From: Lachnospiraceae bacterium UBA3316
GTDB taxonomy: Bacteria > Bacillota > Clostridia > Lachnospirales > Lachnospiraceae
Length of the DNA: 64,000 nt
NCBI GenBank assembly: GCA_002361955.1
Contig: DESK01000059.1
Span: 7,145-71,144, forward strand
Reading direction: 5' to 3'
Notes under the pieces: model-generated
What the model was told of the DNA's origin: nothing
What the model saw: only the letters and a program-made list of their open reading frames with translations
The model's database searches: none
Part shown: positions 45,353 to 55,572 of the stretch, piece after piece
Layout: every line of letters begins with the position of its first letter
Position numbering within the stretch: position 1 is the first letter of the stretch
Program-made: the position numbers and the translations under genes

Positions 45353-46195
45353 TTATAAACGATCCAGATAGTCAATCAAATAAAATTCCTTTTTCGGGTC
45401 GCTGACAAAAAGCGTCCCGTGGTTCCTTCCCTGCATGATCTTATGGATCACATGGAAATCCTCCCCGTTGGCAATCACCATATCTACGCCTGCCGCCCCC
45501 GCCAGCTGGGCAGCCTGAAGCTTTGAGGCCATACCGCCTGTCCCCACACCGCTGCCGGAACTGGATTTCCCCATATCCAGAAGGTTCTGATCCAGCTTCG
45601 TCACCACATCGATAAACTCAGCGTCAGGATTTTTGTTGGGGTCATCCGTATACAGCCCGTCGATATCCGACAGCAAAATCAGAAGATCTGCTTCCACCAG
45701 AGCCGCTACGATGGCGGACAGGGAGTCATTATCTCCAAAGTGGATCTCGTAGGTAGCTACCGTGTCATTCTCGTTGACAATGGGGATCGCCCCCATGCGC
45801 AGAAGCTCCCGGAAGGTATTCAGCGCGTTATGGCGGCTCAGATTATCCATCACCGTATTTTTCGTCATAAGAATCTGGGCGGTCAATTGGTCGTATTCCA
45901 TAAACAGCTTCTGATAGATCATCATAAGGCGCGCCTGGCCGATGGCTGCGCAGGCCTGCTTTCCCTCCGTCTTTTCCGGACGGTTTTCGAGCCTGGCCGC
46001 CCGTACGCCCACTGCGATCGCTCCGGAGGATACAAGAATAACCTCCTTCCCCATATTGTGAAGGTCGCTGATCTCCCGAACCAAAATTTCAAGCTTCGTC
46101 AGGTTCAGCGCTCCCGTCTCTTCATGAACCAGGGATGAAGACCCCACCTTAATCACGATGCGCTTCTTATCCTTCAGTCGTTCTCTTACATTCAT
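45353..46195 (-). CDS. proB: Glutamate 5-kinase (no PUA domain)
   Basis: IVIKVGSSSL, VSSGAI, PIVNEND, FGDND, GTGGMASK. Confidence 0.97.
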   Translation of the reverse strand: MNVRERLKDKKRIVIKVGSSSLVHEETGALNLTKLEILVREISDLHNMGKEVILVSSGAIAVGVRAARLENRPEKTEGKQACAAIGQARLMMIYQKLFMEYDQLTAQILMTKNTVMDNLSRHNALNTFRELLRMGAIPIVNENDTVATYEIHFGDNDSLSAIVAALVEADLLILLSDIDGLYTDDPNKNPDAEFIDVVTKLDQNLLDMGKSSSGSGVGTGGMASKLQAAQLAGAAGVDMVIANGEDFHVIHKIMQGRNHGTLFVSDPKKEFYLIDYLDRL

Positions 46196-46210
46196 GGCTA
46201 AATTCCTCTC

Positions 46211-47044
46211 CTATTTCCATAGATACCTTAAATTTGGTTCCAGCAATACGCCCTGCCGTACAGGATAGCCCCAGGCATCCCCCGTGCGGATACAGCGGCA
46301 CACAAACTCGTGGGCCTTTTCGGCGGCCGCAAACAGGCCGTCCCCCAAAATCCTGCGCCCCAAAAGGACGGCCGCAAAGAGATCCCCCGTCCCCGGGTAG
46401 GCCCGCCCCGCCGCCTGTCTCTCTAAGATCTGAAGCCTTCCCTTCTCATAGACGGCCAGGGACATCTCTGCTTGAGGCAGCGGCACACTTGTGATCACCG
46501 TCTGCTCTGCCCCCAAGGCCTCCAGCCTCTGGCAGACGAAAAGCAGCTGCTCTTTCGTACAAACGTCCTTCCAGTCCAGGCCGGCCAGCAGACAGGCCTC
46601 CGTATAGTTCGGCGTGATAAGATGGGCCCTTCCCAAAAGCCTCCCCATGGCCTGCCCGTAGGCGTCGTCAAAATTCATATAGTAGGAGCCGTGGTCGGCC
46701 ATAATCGGATCCAGCAGCACCTCCGCCCTCGGGTACAGGCTGAGAAATTCCCCTACACGCTCCACCATCTCCAGGGTTCCCAGATAACCCACAAAAATAT
46801 GGGAGAATTCCACGCCGTTTTCTTTCAGATGAAACGCGCACCGCCCGGGAAAATCGGTCAATTCCTCCATCACAGGCCGGCCAAACCCTCCGGTATGGGT
46901 GGAAAGAACCATCGTAGGCACCGGGCAGGCCTCGATTCCCAGCACAGACAGCACAGGAAGAATATTCGTCATCGCAGCCTTTCCCACACTGCAGAGATCA
47001 TGGATGACTGCAGCCCTCGGCACAGGTTTTTCCTTCGCTTCCAT
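46211..47044 (-). CDS. pdxK: Pyridoxamine/pyridoxal kinase family protein
   Basis: IHDLCSVGK, STHTGGF, LDPIMAD, ITPNYTEA, GTGDLFA. Confidence 0.88.
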   Translation of the reverse strand: MEAKEKPVPRAAVIHDLCSVGKAAMTNILPVLSVLGIEACPVPTMVLSTHTGGFGRPVMEELTDFPGRCAFHLKENGVEFSHIFVGYLGTLEMVERVGEFLSLYPRAEVLLDPIMADHGSYYMNFDDAYGQAMGRLLGRAHLITPNYTEACLLAGLDWKDVCTKEQLLFVCQRLEALGAEQTVITSVPLPQAEMSLAVYEKGRLQILERQAAGRAYPGTGDLFAAVLLGRRILGDGLFAAAEKAHEFVCRCIRTGDAWGYPVRQGVLLEPNLRYLWK

Positions 47045-47099
47045 GGTTTCCATTCCTTTCTTTATTCTCGTCAGCCATTTGTTCCATGGCTGAACCGTC

Positions 47100-47129
47100 A
47101 AAAAGACAGCAGGCAGACCGCCTGCTGTC
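47100..47129 (-). terminator. Intrinsic terminator after the flippase gene
   Basis: GACAGCAGGC-5 nt-GCCTGCTGTC followed by TTTTT on the minus strand. Confidence 0.8.
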
Positions 47130-47158
47130 ACAAAATCCAGACATCATACTCCGCAAGC

Positions 47159-48796
47159 TTAAAGGATGCGGCATCTTTGCAGGATATATACCAGATATGC
47201 CCCCTTCGGCAATCCCCGGATCTCCCTCTCCGTGATCCCCCGTAGCTTCACCAGCAGCACCACATAGACGACCATTCCCATCAGAATCGCTATCACCGTG
47301 GAAATCAGCACGCCGGCAAAGAGCGCAAAGAGGCGATACACGCCATAGGCCGCCAGGCCCATCAGGCCCGACACAAAGACAGGAATAATAAAGGAACGCA
47401 TCAGCTCCTGCCGATAGCCCAGCGTCTGCCGGATTGCCCAGGCATTCAGCAGGCAAATGACAAGCGCAAAGAAGATGTTGGCATAAACCACACTGTAAAT
47501 ATTCATTCCGCTGAAATTCAGCATAAGTACCAGGACAATGATATGGAGAACCAGCGCCACTGCGGAATGAATCAGGGGTTTCTGCATCTCGCCCAAGCCC
47601 TGCAGAATTCCTGTCGTCAATGTCGACAGCGCATAGAGGACGATCATCAACGCGCCGCTCTGCATGATGCCTGCCGCCAGTGTACTGGAATCGTTGTAAA
47701 CAAGCTGCATGACGGGAGAGGCCAAGGCTGCCAGCCCCACCGCGCAGGGAATCGTAAACACCATGGTGTAACGGATGGAATCCCTCACCTTGATGCCCGC
47801 GCCCCTGTAGTCCTCATCCAGCATCGACGCCGTCAGGCTGGGCACCACGGAGGGCGCCAGGCAGGAGGCGATAGACAGCGGCACATTCATCAGTACCTTA
47901 AACTCCACGAAGATTCCCCAGACGGTGCTGTATTCCTTCTCCACAAACCCCTGGCCTGACATGATCGTACCGAAAATACCCTGGTCAATCACGGTGCTGA
48001 TATTGTAGATTACGGTACTTAAGACTACGGGAAGGATCGTGGCGACCAGCGCCCGGTAGATCCTCTTCTCCGATTCAAGACGCGGGGTATGATCCCGCTT
48101 CATCTGCCGTCTGAAGCTTCTCTGATACGAAACATAGATAAAACCTAAAAAAAACAGAGCCACCAGAATACTTATGACAGTTCCGAGTGTGCCTCCCGCC
48201 GCCCCAAAGGCCGGCCCCAGGGAGTCATTTCCCTGCTTTTCGCCAAGCTTCGCTCCATAGCCCACAAGCAGTGCAGCCCCCGCCACAGATACCACGGCGT
48301 TGACGATCTGCTCGATCACCTGGGAGACGGCGGTAGGTATCATCGTCTCATGGCCCTGGAAAAATCCCCGCAGCACGCCTACCACGGCGTACAGGAAAAT
48401 AGCGGGAGACAACACCCGCAGGGCGAAGGACGCCATCTCAAATTTCATGAATTTCGTGATGACTCCCCCCAGGGCGAAGGTCATCACCGACATGACGCCT
48501 CCCACCAGAAGGCCGAATTTCAGCGCGCAGATAAAGACCCTGTGGGCATTTTTCTTCTGTCCCTTGTGCAGCCTTTCCGAAACCAGCTTTGACACGGCAA
48601 GGGGCAGGCTGAACGAAGAGATCATCAGAATGATGGAATAGATCTCATTTGCGGTTGAATAGTACGCGTTTCCCTGGGCTCCCAGGATGCGGGTAAGGGG
48701 GATCCTGTAGATCATCCCAATCGCCCGCGCCACAAAAGAAGCGATCACCAGTATGGTACCCTGTACTAAATAGTTATTATTGTTCTTCTTTCCCAA
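47159..48796 (-). CDS. SpoVB/MurJ-like polysaccharide biosynthesis flippase
   Basis: About 14 TM; GMIYRIPL, LPLAVSK, RGFFQG, SQVIEQI. Confidence 0.9.
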   Translation of the reverse strand: MGKKNNNNYLVQGTILVIASFVARAIGMIYRIPLTRILGAQGNAYYSTANEIYSIILMISSFSLPLAVSKLVSERLHKGQKKNAHRVFICALKFGLLVGGVMSVMTFALGGVITKFMKFEMASFALRVLSPAIFLYAVVGVLRGFFQGHETMIPTAVSQVIEQIVNAVVSVAGAALLVGYGAKLGEKQGNDSLGPAFGAAGGTLGTVISILVALFFLGFIYVSYQRSFRRQMKRDHTPRLESEKRIYRALVATILPVVLSTVIYNISTVIDQGIFGTIMSGQGFVEKEYSTVWGIFVEFKVLMNVPLSIASCLAPSVVPSLTASMLDEDYRGAGIKVRDSIRYTMVFTIPCAVGLAALASPVMQLVYNDSSTLAAGIMQSGALMIVLYALSTLTTGILQGLGEMQKPLIHSAVALVLHIIVLVLMLNFSGMNIYSVVYANIFFALVICLLNAWAIRQTLGYRQELMRSFIIPVFVSGLMGLAAYGVYRLFALFAGVLISTVIAILMGMVVYVVLLVKLRGITEREIRGLPKGAYLVYILQRCRIL

Positions 48797-48861
48797 AACA
48801 TACCTCTTTCATCCGGGCAGTCCCTGAAAAATTTTAGTCTAATGCGTCGCCCTTCCGACAG

Positions 48862-49968
48862 TTACTCAATCACAATATCATCCGCGTAAGTATCCTGGAT
48901 AATGCACACCCAGGTTTTTCCCCTGTTCAGGATGATCTCCTCTCCGTCCTCATCGTAATACTTTGCCGGGGCATCCTCGCTCTCCCGCTTCCAGGTACAT
49001 TTTTCGTAGGTCCCGTTGGTAAAATAGTACGCGTCCCCGCCGGATAAGGTATCAATGTTCAGATAGCCGTGGTCATCGTAATTCTGCCACTGGGAAATCT
49101 GGAAGATCACGTTCTCATACGTGAGCTGTTCCCCTGTCAGCTCGTCCACCTGGGCGTCTCCGTACTGATAACGGTAATACTCCCCGTCCCGGTACTCAAA
49201 CCAGGGCTTGTTGACCTGATAGCCAGGCTTGATCGTGGTGGCCGTGCCGTCCTCAAGGCTCACAGTCTCCCCATCCGGGGCAAAGGTAAATTTCGCCTCA
49301 TGGTCTTCTTTTAAAAGCCTGCGGTATCCCAGCCTCGTGCAGGCGTTGTCGATTCCCTCACCGCTGGTGTAGCAGTTGTGGGGAGCCGGCCTGTCTGAGG
49401 TTCTGTAGAAAATATCCTCCCCGGCATAGCCATAGATCTCGCCTGCCCCTTCCTGCATGGAAAGGCCGCTCACATTGTCCACCTTATCGGAATTTAAAAG
49501 CTCCACCGCATAGACGGCCTGTCCATAGTGGACGTAGATCGCGTCAAACTCCCTGGCGTACATAGGATAATACGTACGGCAGCTCCTGACGGCGCCGATC
49601 TTCTCCATGCCGCTCACATCATCAAAAACTGCCATCAGACGGGTGATGGCTCCCTCCACCGGAGCCTCATACACCACGCCGGCCTTCTCGATACCGGCCT
49701 GGGGAACGGCGTTGATGATGTTATTCATCATCACTGCGATAGGCCTCCTGCTGTGGAGCTCTTCTCCCACCTCAAGTCCCGTCAGATAGCTGCGGTCCGT
49801 GGGCTCGGCCTCTGTTTCCGGCTCCATGACCACAGGTGTAGGATCTGCCGCAGTCTCCTCCTGTGTCTCCGTAGGCGGTTCCGTCGCCTCTGTCTCCGGC
49901 TGTTTTTTACATCCTCCTAAAATCATGGCTGCTATCATGAGCAGCGCTGCTGCTTGTCGCTTTTTCAT
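48862..49968 (-). CDS. DUF3048 (YerB-like) lipoprotein
   Basis: Lipobox ILGGC, RPIAVMMNN, PQAGI, VEG.ITR, VRSCR, PHN. Confidence 0.9.
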   Translation of the reverse strand: MKKRQAAALLMIAAMILGGCKKQPETEATEPPTETQEETAADPTPVVMEPETEAEPTDRSYLTGLEVGEELHSRRPIAVMMNNIINAVPQAGIEKAGVVYEAPVEGAITRLMAVFDDVSGMEKIGAVRSCRTYYPMYAREFDAIYVHYGQAVYAVELLNSDKVDNVSGLSMQEGAGEIYGYAGEDIFYRTSDRPAPHNCYTSGEGIDNACTRLGYRRLLKEDHEAKFTFAPDGETVSLEDGTATTIKPGYQVNKPWFEYRDGEYYRYQYGDAQVDELTGEQLTYENVIFQISQWQNYDDHGYLNIDTLSGGDAYYFTNGTYEKCTWKRESEDAPAKYYDEDGEEIILNRGKTWVCIIQDTYADDIVIE

Positions 49969-49980
49969 GCCTTTTCTCCC

Positions 49981-50478
49981 TTATCGTAATATATTCATCT
50001 GAGCAAGAATCTCAGACTGTCTTCTCTCCATTTCCCTGGCCTCCTCAGGTTCCATGTGGTCATACCCCATAAGGTGGAGCATACTGTGGGCCACCAAAAA
50101 GGCGAATTCCCGTTTGGGGGAATGGCCGTAGGCCGCGGCCTGCTCCAGCACCTTATCCTTTGAGATCACGATATCCCCCAGAAGCAGCTCTCCTGTGTCG
50201 GGATGGAAGCTATCGCCTCCGTCCTCCTCCAAAAAGCCGAACTCCCCCGGAGTCTCACACTCCACCATGGGGAACGACAGTACGTCCGTGGCCCTGTCAA
50301 TCTCCCGGTATTCCCGGTTCATCTTGTGAATCTCCTCGTCGGAGGTGAGCAGCAGGCTCACTTCCGCCTCATAGGGGCAGCCCTCATAGTCCAGGCAGTG
50401 TTCCGCTACCTGCAGCGCCAGCTCTTCCGGGTCAAAAGGAAGGGAAAGCTCATATTCATCTTCAAAATCCAGCGTCAT
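49981..50478 (-). CDS. ybeY: rRNA maturation endoribonuclease YbeY
   Basis: DRATDVLSFP, LGDIVIS, HSMLHLMGYDH. Confidence 0.98.
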   Translation of the reverse strand: MTLDFEDEYELSLPFDPEELALQVAEHCLDYEGCPYEAEVSLLLTSDEEIHKMNREYREIDRATDVLSFPMVECETPGEFGFLEEDGGDSFHPDTGELLLGDIVISKDKVLEQAAAYGHSPKREFAFLVAHSMLHLMGYDHMEPEEAREMERRQSEILAQMNILR

Positions 50479-51473
50479 TCCCTGCGCCTCCTGTTCGTTT
50501 TCGCGGGCCTGGCGGCCTGCTTTTCATATTCCTCATACGCCTTGACGATCTTCTGTACCAGAGGATGGCGCACCACGTCCTTGCTGGTAAGATTGCAAAA
50601 GGACACTTCCTCAATCTTGCTAAGGACACGGATGGCCACATCCAGTCCCGATTTCTGGCTGGAGGGCAGATCCTTCTGGGTCAGATCCCCCGTGATGATC
50701 ACCTTCGAGCCGAAGCCGATACGTGTCAGGAACATCTTCATCTGGGCCGGGGTCGTGTTCTGCGCTTCATCCAGAATGATAAACGCGTTGTCCAGGGTGC
50801 GTCCCCTCATGTACGCCAGGGGTGCCACCTCGATCAGCCCTTTTTCCATATTTTTCATGAAGCTGTCCGGCCCCATAATCTGGTAAAGAGCGTCATAAAG
50901 TGGCCTCAGGTAGGGATCCACCTTGCTTTGGAGATCTCCCGGCAAAAATCCCAGCTTCTCGCCGGCCTCAATGGCCGGGCGTGTGAGGATGATCCGTCCC
51001 ACCTCGTCATTTTTAAAGGCCTTGATGGCCATCGCCATGGCCAGGTACGTCTTTCCCGTTCCGGCCGGGCCGATCCCAAAGACGATCATCTTCTCCCGGA
51101 TCGCGTCCACGTACTGCTTCTGCCCCAGAGTCTTGGGCTTAATGGGTTTTCCGTTAATCGTGTGGCAGATGCAATCCTTGTCGATCTCAACAAGAGAAGC
51201 TTCTTTATCTTCAAAAGCTAAAGAAAGGGCGTAATCCACGTTCTGGGCGCTTATGATATTTCCCCGGCCAGACAGCTCCACGAGTTGCATAAACACGCTC
51301 TTTGCTTTATTTGCCGCTGCCTCGCTCCCGATAATTTTCAGCGTCCCGTCACGGGCGATCAGCGTTACATTCAGAGTTTTTTCGATTTTTTTTATATGCT
51401 CATCAAATTGCCCAAATACGTTCCGTTCATGCTCCGCAGGCACGGATGCTATGGTTTCGATGATATTGCTCAT
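50475..51473 (-). CDS. phoH: PhoH family protein
   Basis: GPAGTGKT, LTRPAIEAGE, YMRGRT, DEAQN, VVRHPLV. Confidence 0.97.
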   Translation of the reverse strand: MSNIIETIASVPAEHERNVFGQFDEHIKKIEKTLNVTLIARDGTLKIIGSEAAANKAKSVFMQLVELSGRGNIISAQNVDYALSLAFEDKEASLVEIDKDCICHTINGKPIKPKTLGQKQYVDAIREKMIVFGIGPAGTGKTYLAMAMAIKAFKNDEVGRIILTRPAIEAGEKLGFLPGDLQSKVDPYLRPLYDALYQIMGPDSFMKNMEKGLIEVAPLAYMRGRTLDNAFIILDEAQNTTPAQMKMFLTRIGFGSKVIITGDLTQKDLPSSQKSGLDVAIRVLSKIEEVSFCNLTSKDVVRHPLVQKIVKAYEEYEKQAARPAKTNRRRRE

Positions 51474-51531
51474 TCGCTAAATTCCTTTCTTCGCCGCGGT
51501 CCCTCCCTCCGGCCGGACCACAGCTGTTCTT

Positions 51532-52734
51532 TTACTCTCCCAACGAGCGCATAACCCGTTTGCCGGCCCTCTCTATCAGCACAATCTCTCCTTTAGCTGT
51601 ACAGCTTTTTGAACCTGTTTCTATTTTAACATTATTTTGCAATATTTGAACCCCTTTTTCTTGTATTTTCCAAAGAAATTTATGAAGGAATTCTTGCGCT
51701 TTTCTGATAGCTTCTTCTTTTGTATAGACCTTTTCTGTCAATACATATTCTCTGCTCCTGATACTTCCCCAGGACAGGGGAAGATAAAAATTTTCTGTCA
51801 GGTGAAGCTGTTTCTCTGCCCGCACCACATCATAATGGCCAAAGCCTCCGGGAGTCCCCAAAAAGGAAATATGTCTGCCGAGAATCGAAAAAAAGACTCC
51901 CTTTTTCAGCCTGCCCGTATATTCCTTTTTTATGTATTTCATGGAAAAGGACTCCTGATAGGGAAGCCTCGTCTCGATCTCAATGTCCGCGTCCGCGGCG
52001 CAGTACTGATAGTCCGCCACCTCCCCCGCGTCATCCAGAATCGGCACCTGGCCCACCACGAGAGGCTGCCCTTTTTTCACTTTGTCCCCCACCTTCACCA
52101 GGGGCGTACCGGAACGGGTGATCATGCCCCTGACCGTGCCCTCCACGTCTGATACCAGGTCGCTGGGAGCGGCCGCCGTTTTCTCGTCCAGGGTCAAATC
52201 GGTGTTTTCCTTGACGTCGATCACCAGGCTTGTTCCCTGGATTTTTACGGAGACCCAGATAAAGTTGTCAAAGGCCTTGCGGATATCCGCCGCCAGCGCC
52301 TTGCAGTCCAGGCTGGATTTTAAGATCCCATGGGAAACCTGCCGGCTCTTCAAAAAATCAAAGACCACATCATCCGTCCTGGCTTCATTCCCCTGAATCC
52401 GGATATCCCAAATGAAACAGGATAAAAAGAGCATCAGGAAAATGCCGAAAAGCACCCCCGCAGGCAAAAGCTTTCTCTTTCTGTTGGCATAGAGGAAAAA
52501 GGGAAGCCCGCGTTTTTCCAGGATGCGGATCTTCGTGCCGCTTTTTCTAGCCAAAGGCTTCAGGTTTTTAAAGCTCTTGATGGACAGACTGGCCTCGTAG
52601 CCTGCGTCACACGCCTTCAGATCCCACAGAATGATCCGGTGGCTGGCACACATATTCAGAAAGCGCTCGTAGGATCTGCCTGTTACGCGGATTCGCACAT
52701 GGCCCCTGGCGTACTGCAACATTTGTTTTACCAA
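51532..52734 (-). CDS. yqfD: Sporulation protein YqfD
   Basis: ERFLN.C, FIWDIRIQGN, WVSVKIQGT, G.PLVK.G; TTG start after GGAGGT. Confidence 0.92.
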   Translation of the reverse strand: MVKQMLQYARGHVRIRVTGRSYERFLNMCASHRIILWDLKACDAGYEASLSIKSFKNLKPLARKSGTKIRILEKRGLPFFLYANRKRKLLPAGVLFGIFLMLFLSCFIWDIRIQGNEARTDDVVFDFLKSRQVSHGILKSSLDCKALAADIRKAFDNFIWVSVKIQGTSLVIDVKENTDLTLDEKTAAAPSDLVSDVEGTVRGMITRSGTPLVKVGDKVKKGQPLVVGQVPILDDAGEVADYQYCAADADIEIETRLPYQESFSMKYIKKEYTGRLKKGVFFSILGRHISFLGTPGGFGHYDVVRAEKQLHLTENFYLPLSWGSIRSREYVLTEKVYTKEEAIRKAQEFLHKFLWKIQEKGVQILQNNVKIETGSKSCTAKGEIVLIERAGKRVMRSLGE

Positions 52735-52748
52735 ACAGATACCTCCGC

Positions 52749-53024
52749 TCACAGATAGTTGATCTGTTCGATATGTCCCTCCACCTTCATCTCATCCTCT
52801 GTATAATAGGAAATATAAAGCCCTGCCCCCAGCACCTCCAGGCGGCAATGCTTTGCCAGGAGCAGCAGACGGCACTCCGTATATTCCAGAATGCCCTTAT
52901 AATTTTCTATACAGGCCTCCTCCTGCCCTGTCACAGTGACCAGCACAGCCCCGTCGGCGAGATCCCGCGGAAGCTGGGCGGCGGCAGATATTTTATGGTA
53001 TAGGGATTTTGTTTTCGAACTCAT
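52749..53024 (-). CDS. yqfC: YabP/YqfC family sporulation protein
   Basis: LPRDL, IENYKGILEY; directly upstream of yqfD. Confidence 0.92.
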   Translation of the reverse strand: MSSKTKSLYHKISAAAQLPRDLADGAVLVTVTGQEEACIENYKGILEYTECRLLLLAKHCRLEVLGAGLYISYYTEDEMKVEGHIEQINYL

Positions 53025-53049
53025 GGACTATCTTCGCTTTTTATTACTA

Positions 53050-53078
53050 ACTATATGTGGGCGAAGGGCAGGTTATAC
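53050..53078 (-). promoter_or_regulatory. sigmaE-type promoter of yqfC-yqfD
   Basis: Minus strand GTATA-16 bp-CATATAGT; yqfCD is sigmaE-controlled in B. subtilis. Confidence 0.6.
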
Positions 53079-53645
53079 CAGCCCCTTTCCTGTATCGGAG
53101 GAAAGAAAGAGAATTCCGTACCACACCACAGTCCTTCCGTCATAGAAAAAGTCCATGGACAGCTTCTCCGCCGCTGCCGTGACGAGAATGCCATAGCTCT
53201 CGATACAGGGAAGCATAGCCTCCGGATGCCTGCAGGGGCCTTCCGGCCATGCGCAGTGGCTGCAGAGCGCGCAGGAATCGGAGGACAGCGCCAGAAATCC
53301 CATTCCCTGGGCGGACAGGTCCTCGCAGAGGGCATGAACGACACCCTCATGCTCCTTCCTGGTGGCCAGCGTTTCGTTCATATTTGAGACGTCAGATACC
53401 TCTGCCAGGGTGGTAAAGACGAGAATCTTTTCGTAGGCCGCGCATCTTTTTTGGCACTCCTCCACAGTCCCCACCGCCGGCGGGCAGGACCAGGAAGTAT
53501 TGTACCGGGGACATTCCTGAAGGCAGATCCGGCGAACCTCTTCCTTGAACTCGATCTCATCCACATCCAGGAAACCGTACTGAAAGACAGGGTACGCCGC
53601 AAGGATTTGTTCTATTTTCTCCTGTATTTCCGGTGTAAAACTCAT
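53073..53645 (-). CDS. DUF2284 family protein (second paralogue)
   Basis: C...CPRYNTSWSCPP, CALCSHC, IESYGI. Confidence 0.85.
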   Translation of the reverse strand: MSFTPEIQEKIEQILAAYPVFQYGFLDVDEIEFKEEVRRICLQECPRYNTSWSCPPAVGTVEECQKRCAAYEKILVFTTLAEVSDVSNMNETLATRKEHEGVVHALCEDLSAQGMGFLALSSDSCALCSHCAWPEGPCRHPEAMLPCIESYGILVTAAAEKLSMDFFYDGRTVVWYGILFLSSDTGKGLV

Positions 53646-53693
53646 AGGGTTCCTCCCTCTGCAGCCTGGCTTTTGGCCGCCTCAAGCTCCATG

Positions 53694-54362
53694 TTATGAC
53701 AGCTGCCCCAGCAGCTTTTTCGCCTCCCGCATCCTCTCTTCAAACTGTACATAGAAGTCCTCCTCCTGATAAGGCTTCCTGTAGAAGCTCTGCAATATAT
53801 ACAAATTCAGATTTTTAGGGCTGTCCGTATCCTGACTCTCTGTCACCAGCCTTGCGGCATCTTCCAGAAAGTAATGCCAGTCCGTTATGTACGCCTCATA
53901 TTGTTTAAGATTCGGCGTATCGATCCACTTTTTGACCTTCACCTTTGTTCTATCAGGCTTCGGGCACTCATGCACCTGAAGAAAATAGCGGAACTCTCTC
54001 TCCTGATAATATCTGCCAAGAGGGAAGAGGCGGCAGATGCCGGGACGAAACGAATGAATGCTGCACCGCCCCCTGCCGTCCAAAAAAACACAGGCTTCTT
54101 CCGGCCCTGTCATCCGCAGATTGGGCAGGATCGCCCCATCCACCATGCCCAGCTCCAATTCCTTCTCCAACAGCTCATCGAAGCTTTTCCCCAGGTTCAC
54201 CGAGAGCCTGCAAACATCCAGAGGATCCAGAATGATGGAGCTTCCCATCCCCCGGCAGCAGGCCGAGCATCCCCGGCAGTCATGGCAGTCCGCCTTTACC
54301 ATATCATTTAACGTATACAGCTTCCCGTCGGAGATCTCCTCCAGACTTACGTTTCGTTTCAT
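53694..54362 (-). CDS. YkgJ family cysteine-cluster protein
   Basis: CHDCRGCSACC, CVFL, CSIH..RP.ICRLFP; ATG 54362 after GGAGG. Confidence 0.9.
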   Translation of the reverse strand: MKRNVSLEEISDGKLYTLNDMVKADCHDCRGCSACCRGMGSSIILDPLDVCRLSVNLGKSFDELLEKELELGMVDGAILPNLRMTGPEEACVFLDGRGRCSIHSFRPGICRLFPLGRYYQEREFRYFLQVHECPKPDRTKVKVKKWIDTPNLKQYEAYITDWHYFLEDAARLVTESQDTDSPKNLNLYILQSFYRKPYQEEDFYVQFEERMREAKKLLGQLS

Positions 54363-54430
54363 GTGCTTCGTCCTCCATATCTCCTTTTGAGACAGCCGCG
54401 GCTGCCCCAAAGCGTCAAATACTTCACAGC

Positions 54431-54469
54431 AAACCGGCAGGCCTGCACAAAATGGCACAGGCCTGCCGG
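54431..54469 (-). terminator. Terminator after ddh
   Basis: CCGGCAGGCCTG-12 nt-CAGGCCTGCCGG then TTT on the minus strand. Confidence 0.65.
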
Positions 54470-54483
54470 ATCATAACCGCATA

Positions 54484-55470
54484 TTAAAGCATTGAGGCCC
54501 GCAGCTCCTCGCCGCTCTTCGGGCTTAAATACGCAGGCGCGATATCAAACACCGTACGGCAGCCCGTTTGCCCCTCACAGGCCAGGCGGCAGGCCGCCCT
54601 GGCATAAGCCACGATTACAGAGGAGGTAAACTCCGGGTTAGAATCCAGCTTCAGCCTGTATTCGATCAGATGGCTGTTCTCTTTCTCCCACCCTGTCACG
54701 CCGCTCCTCAGCACAAAGCCGCCGTGGGGAATTCCGCTGTGATTCTTTTTCAGCTCCTCTTCGCTGATAAAATGCACCTCCGTGTCGTAGTCCGCAAAAT
54801 AGTTGGGCATCGTCTTGATCTCTCTCTCCACCTTCGCCGGGTCCGCGCCCTCTTCCAGCACCACAAAACACTCTCTTGTGTGCTTCTCCCTGGTGGTAAG
54901 GTCGGGATTCTCTCCGGCCCTTACGGCTTCCAGGGCGGACTCCACGGGAATGGTGTACTGCTTTCCGTCCTTCACGCCCTCGATCCGCCGGATAGCGTCA
55001 GAATGCCCCTGGCTGACTCCCTTGCCCCAGAATGTGTAATCCTTTCCCTCCGGCAGGATCGCGTTGGCATACATTCTGTTTAAAGAGAACATTCCCGGAT
55101 CCCAGCCCACGGAAATGATACCGATCTTCCCGCTCTTCCTAGCCTCTGCGTCCACCGCCGCAAAATGCTCCGGAATCCTTGCATGGGTATCGAAGCTGTC
55201 GATCACGTTAAAGAGCTTCGCATACTCCGGCGTCTGTTTCGGCAGGTCGGTAGCGCTTCCTCCGCAGAGGATCAGCACGTCGATCTTGTCCTTCCAGTCC
55301 GGCGCCTCCTCCACAGAGCATACCGCCGCCGTCTCTGTAAGGATATGCACATCCGCCGGATTCCTTCTTGTAAAGACTGCCGCCAGCTCCATATCCGGGT
55401 TCTGACGGATCGCACACTCCACGCCCCGTCCCAAATTTCCATAGCCTAAAATACCGATTCTGATACTCAT
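54484..55470 (-). CDS. ddh: meso-diaminopimelate dehydrogenase
   Basis: GYGNLGRG, CGGSATDL, DSFDTH, GWDPG, SQGHSDA, NPEFT. Confidence 0.97.
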   Translation of the reverse strand: MSIRIGILGYGNLGRGVECAIRQNPDMELAAVFTRRNPADVHILTETAAVCSVEEAPDWKDKIDVLILCGGSATDLPKQTPEYAKLFNVIDSFDTHARIPEHFAAVDAEARKSGKIGIISVGWDPGMFSLNRMYANAILPEGKDYTFWGKGVSQGHSDAIRRIEGVKDGKQYTIPVESALEAVRAGENPDLTTREKHTRECFVVLEEGADPAKVEREIKTMPNYFADYDTEVHFISEEELKKNHSGIPHGGFVLRSGVTGWEKENSHLIEYRLKLDSNPEFTSSVIVAYARAACRLACEGQTGCRTVFDIAPAYLSPKSGEELRASML

Positions 55471-55533
55471 CTTTCATGTCTCCTTACTCTTTTAAAGTCG
55501 CACATGCGACATTGGACAAATATATCGACCCAT

Positions 55534-55562
55534 ATTATAACCTCAGAAACGCATTCTTTCAA
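55534..55562 (-). promoter_or_regulatory. sigmaA promoter of ddh
   Basis: Minus strand TTGAAA, 17 bp, TATAAT. Confidence 0.7.
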
Positions 55563-55572
55563 GAGAGCTGTT

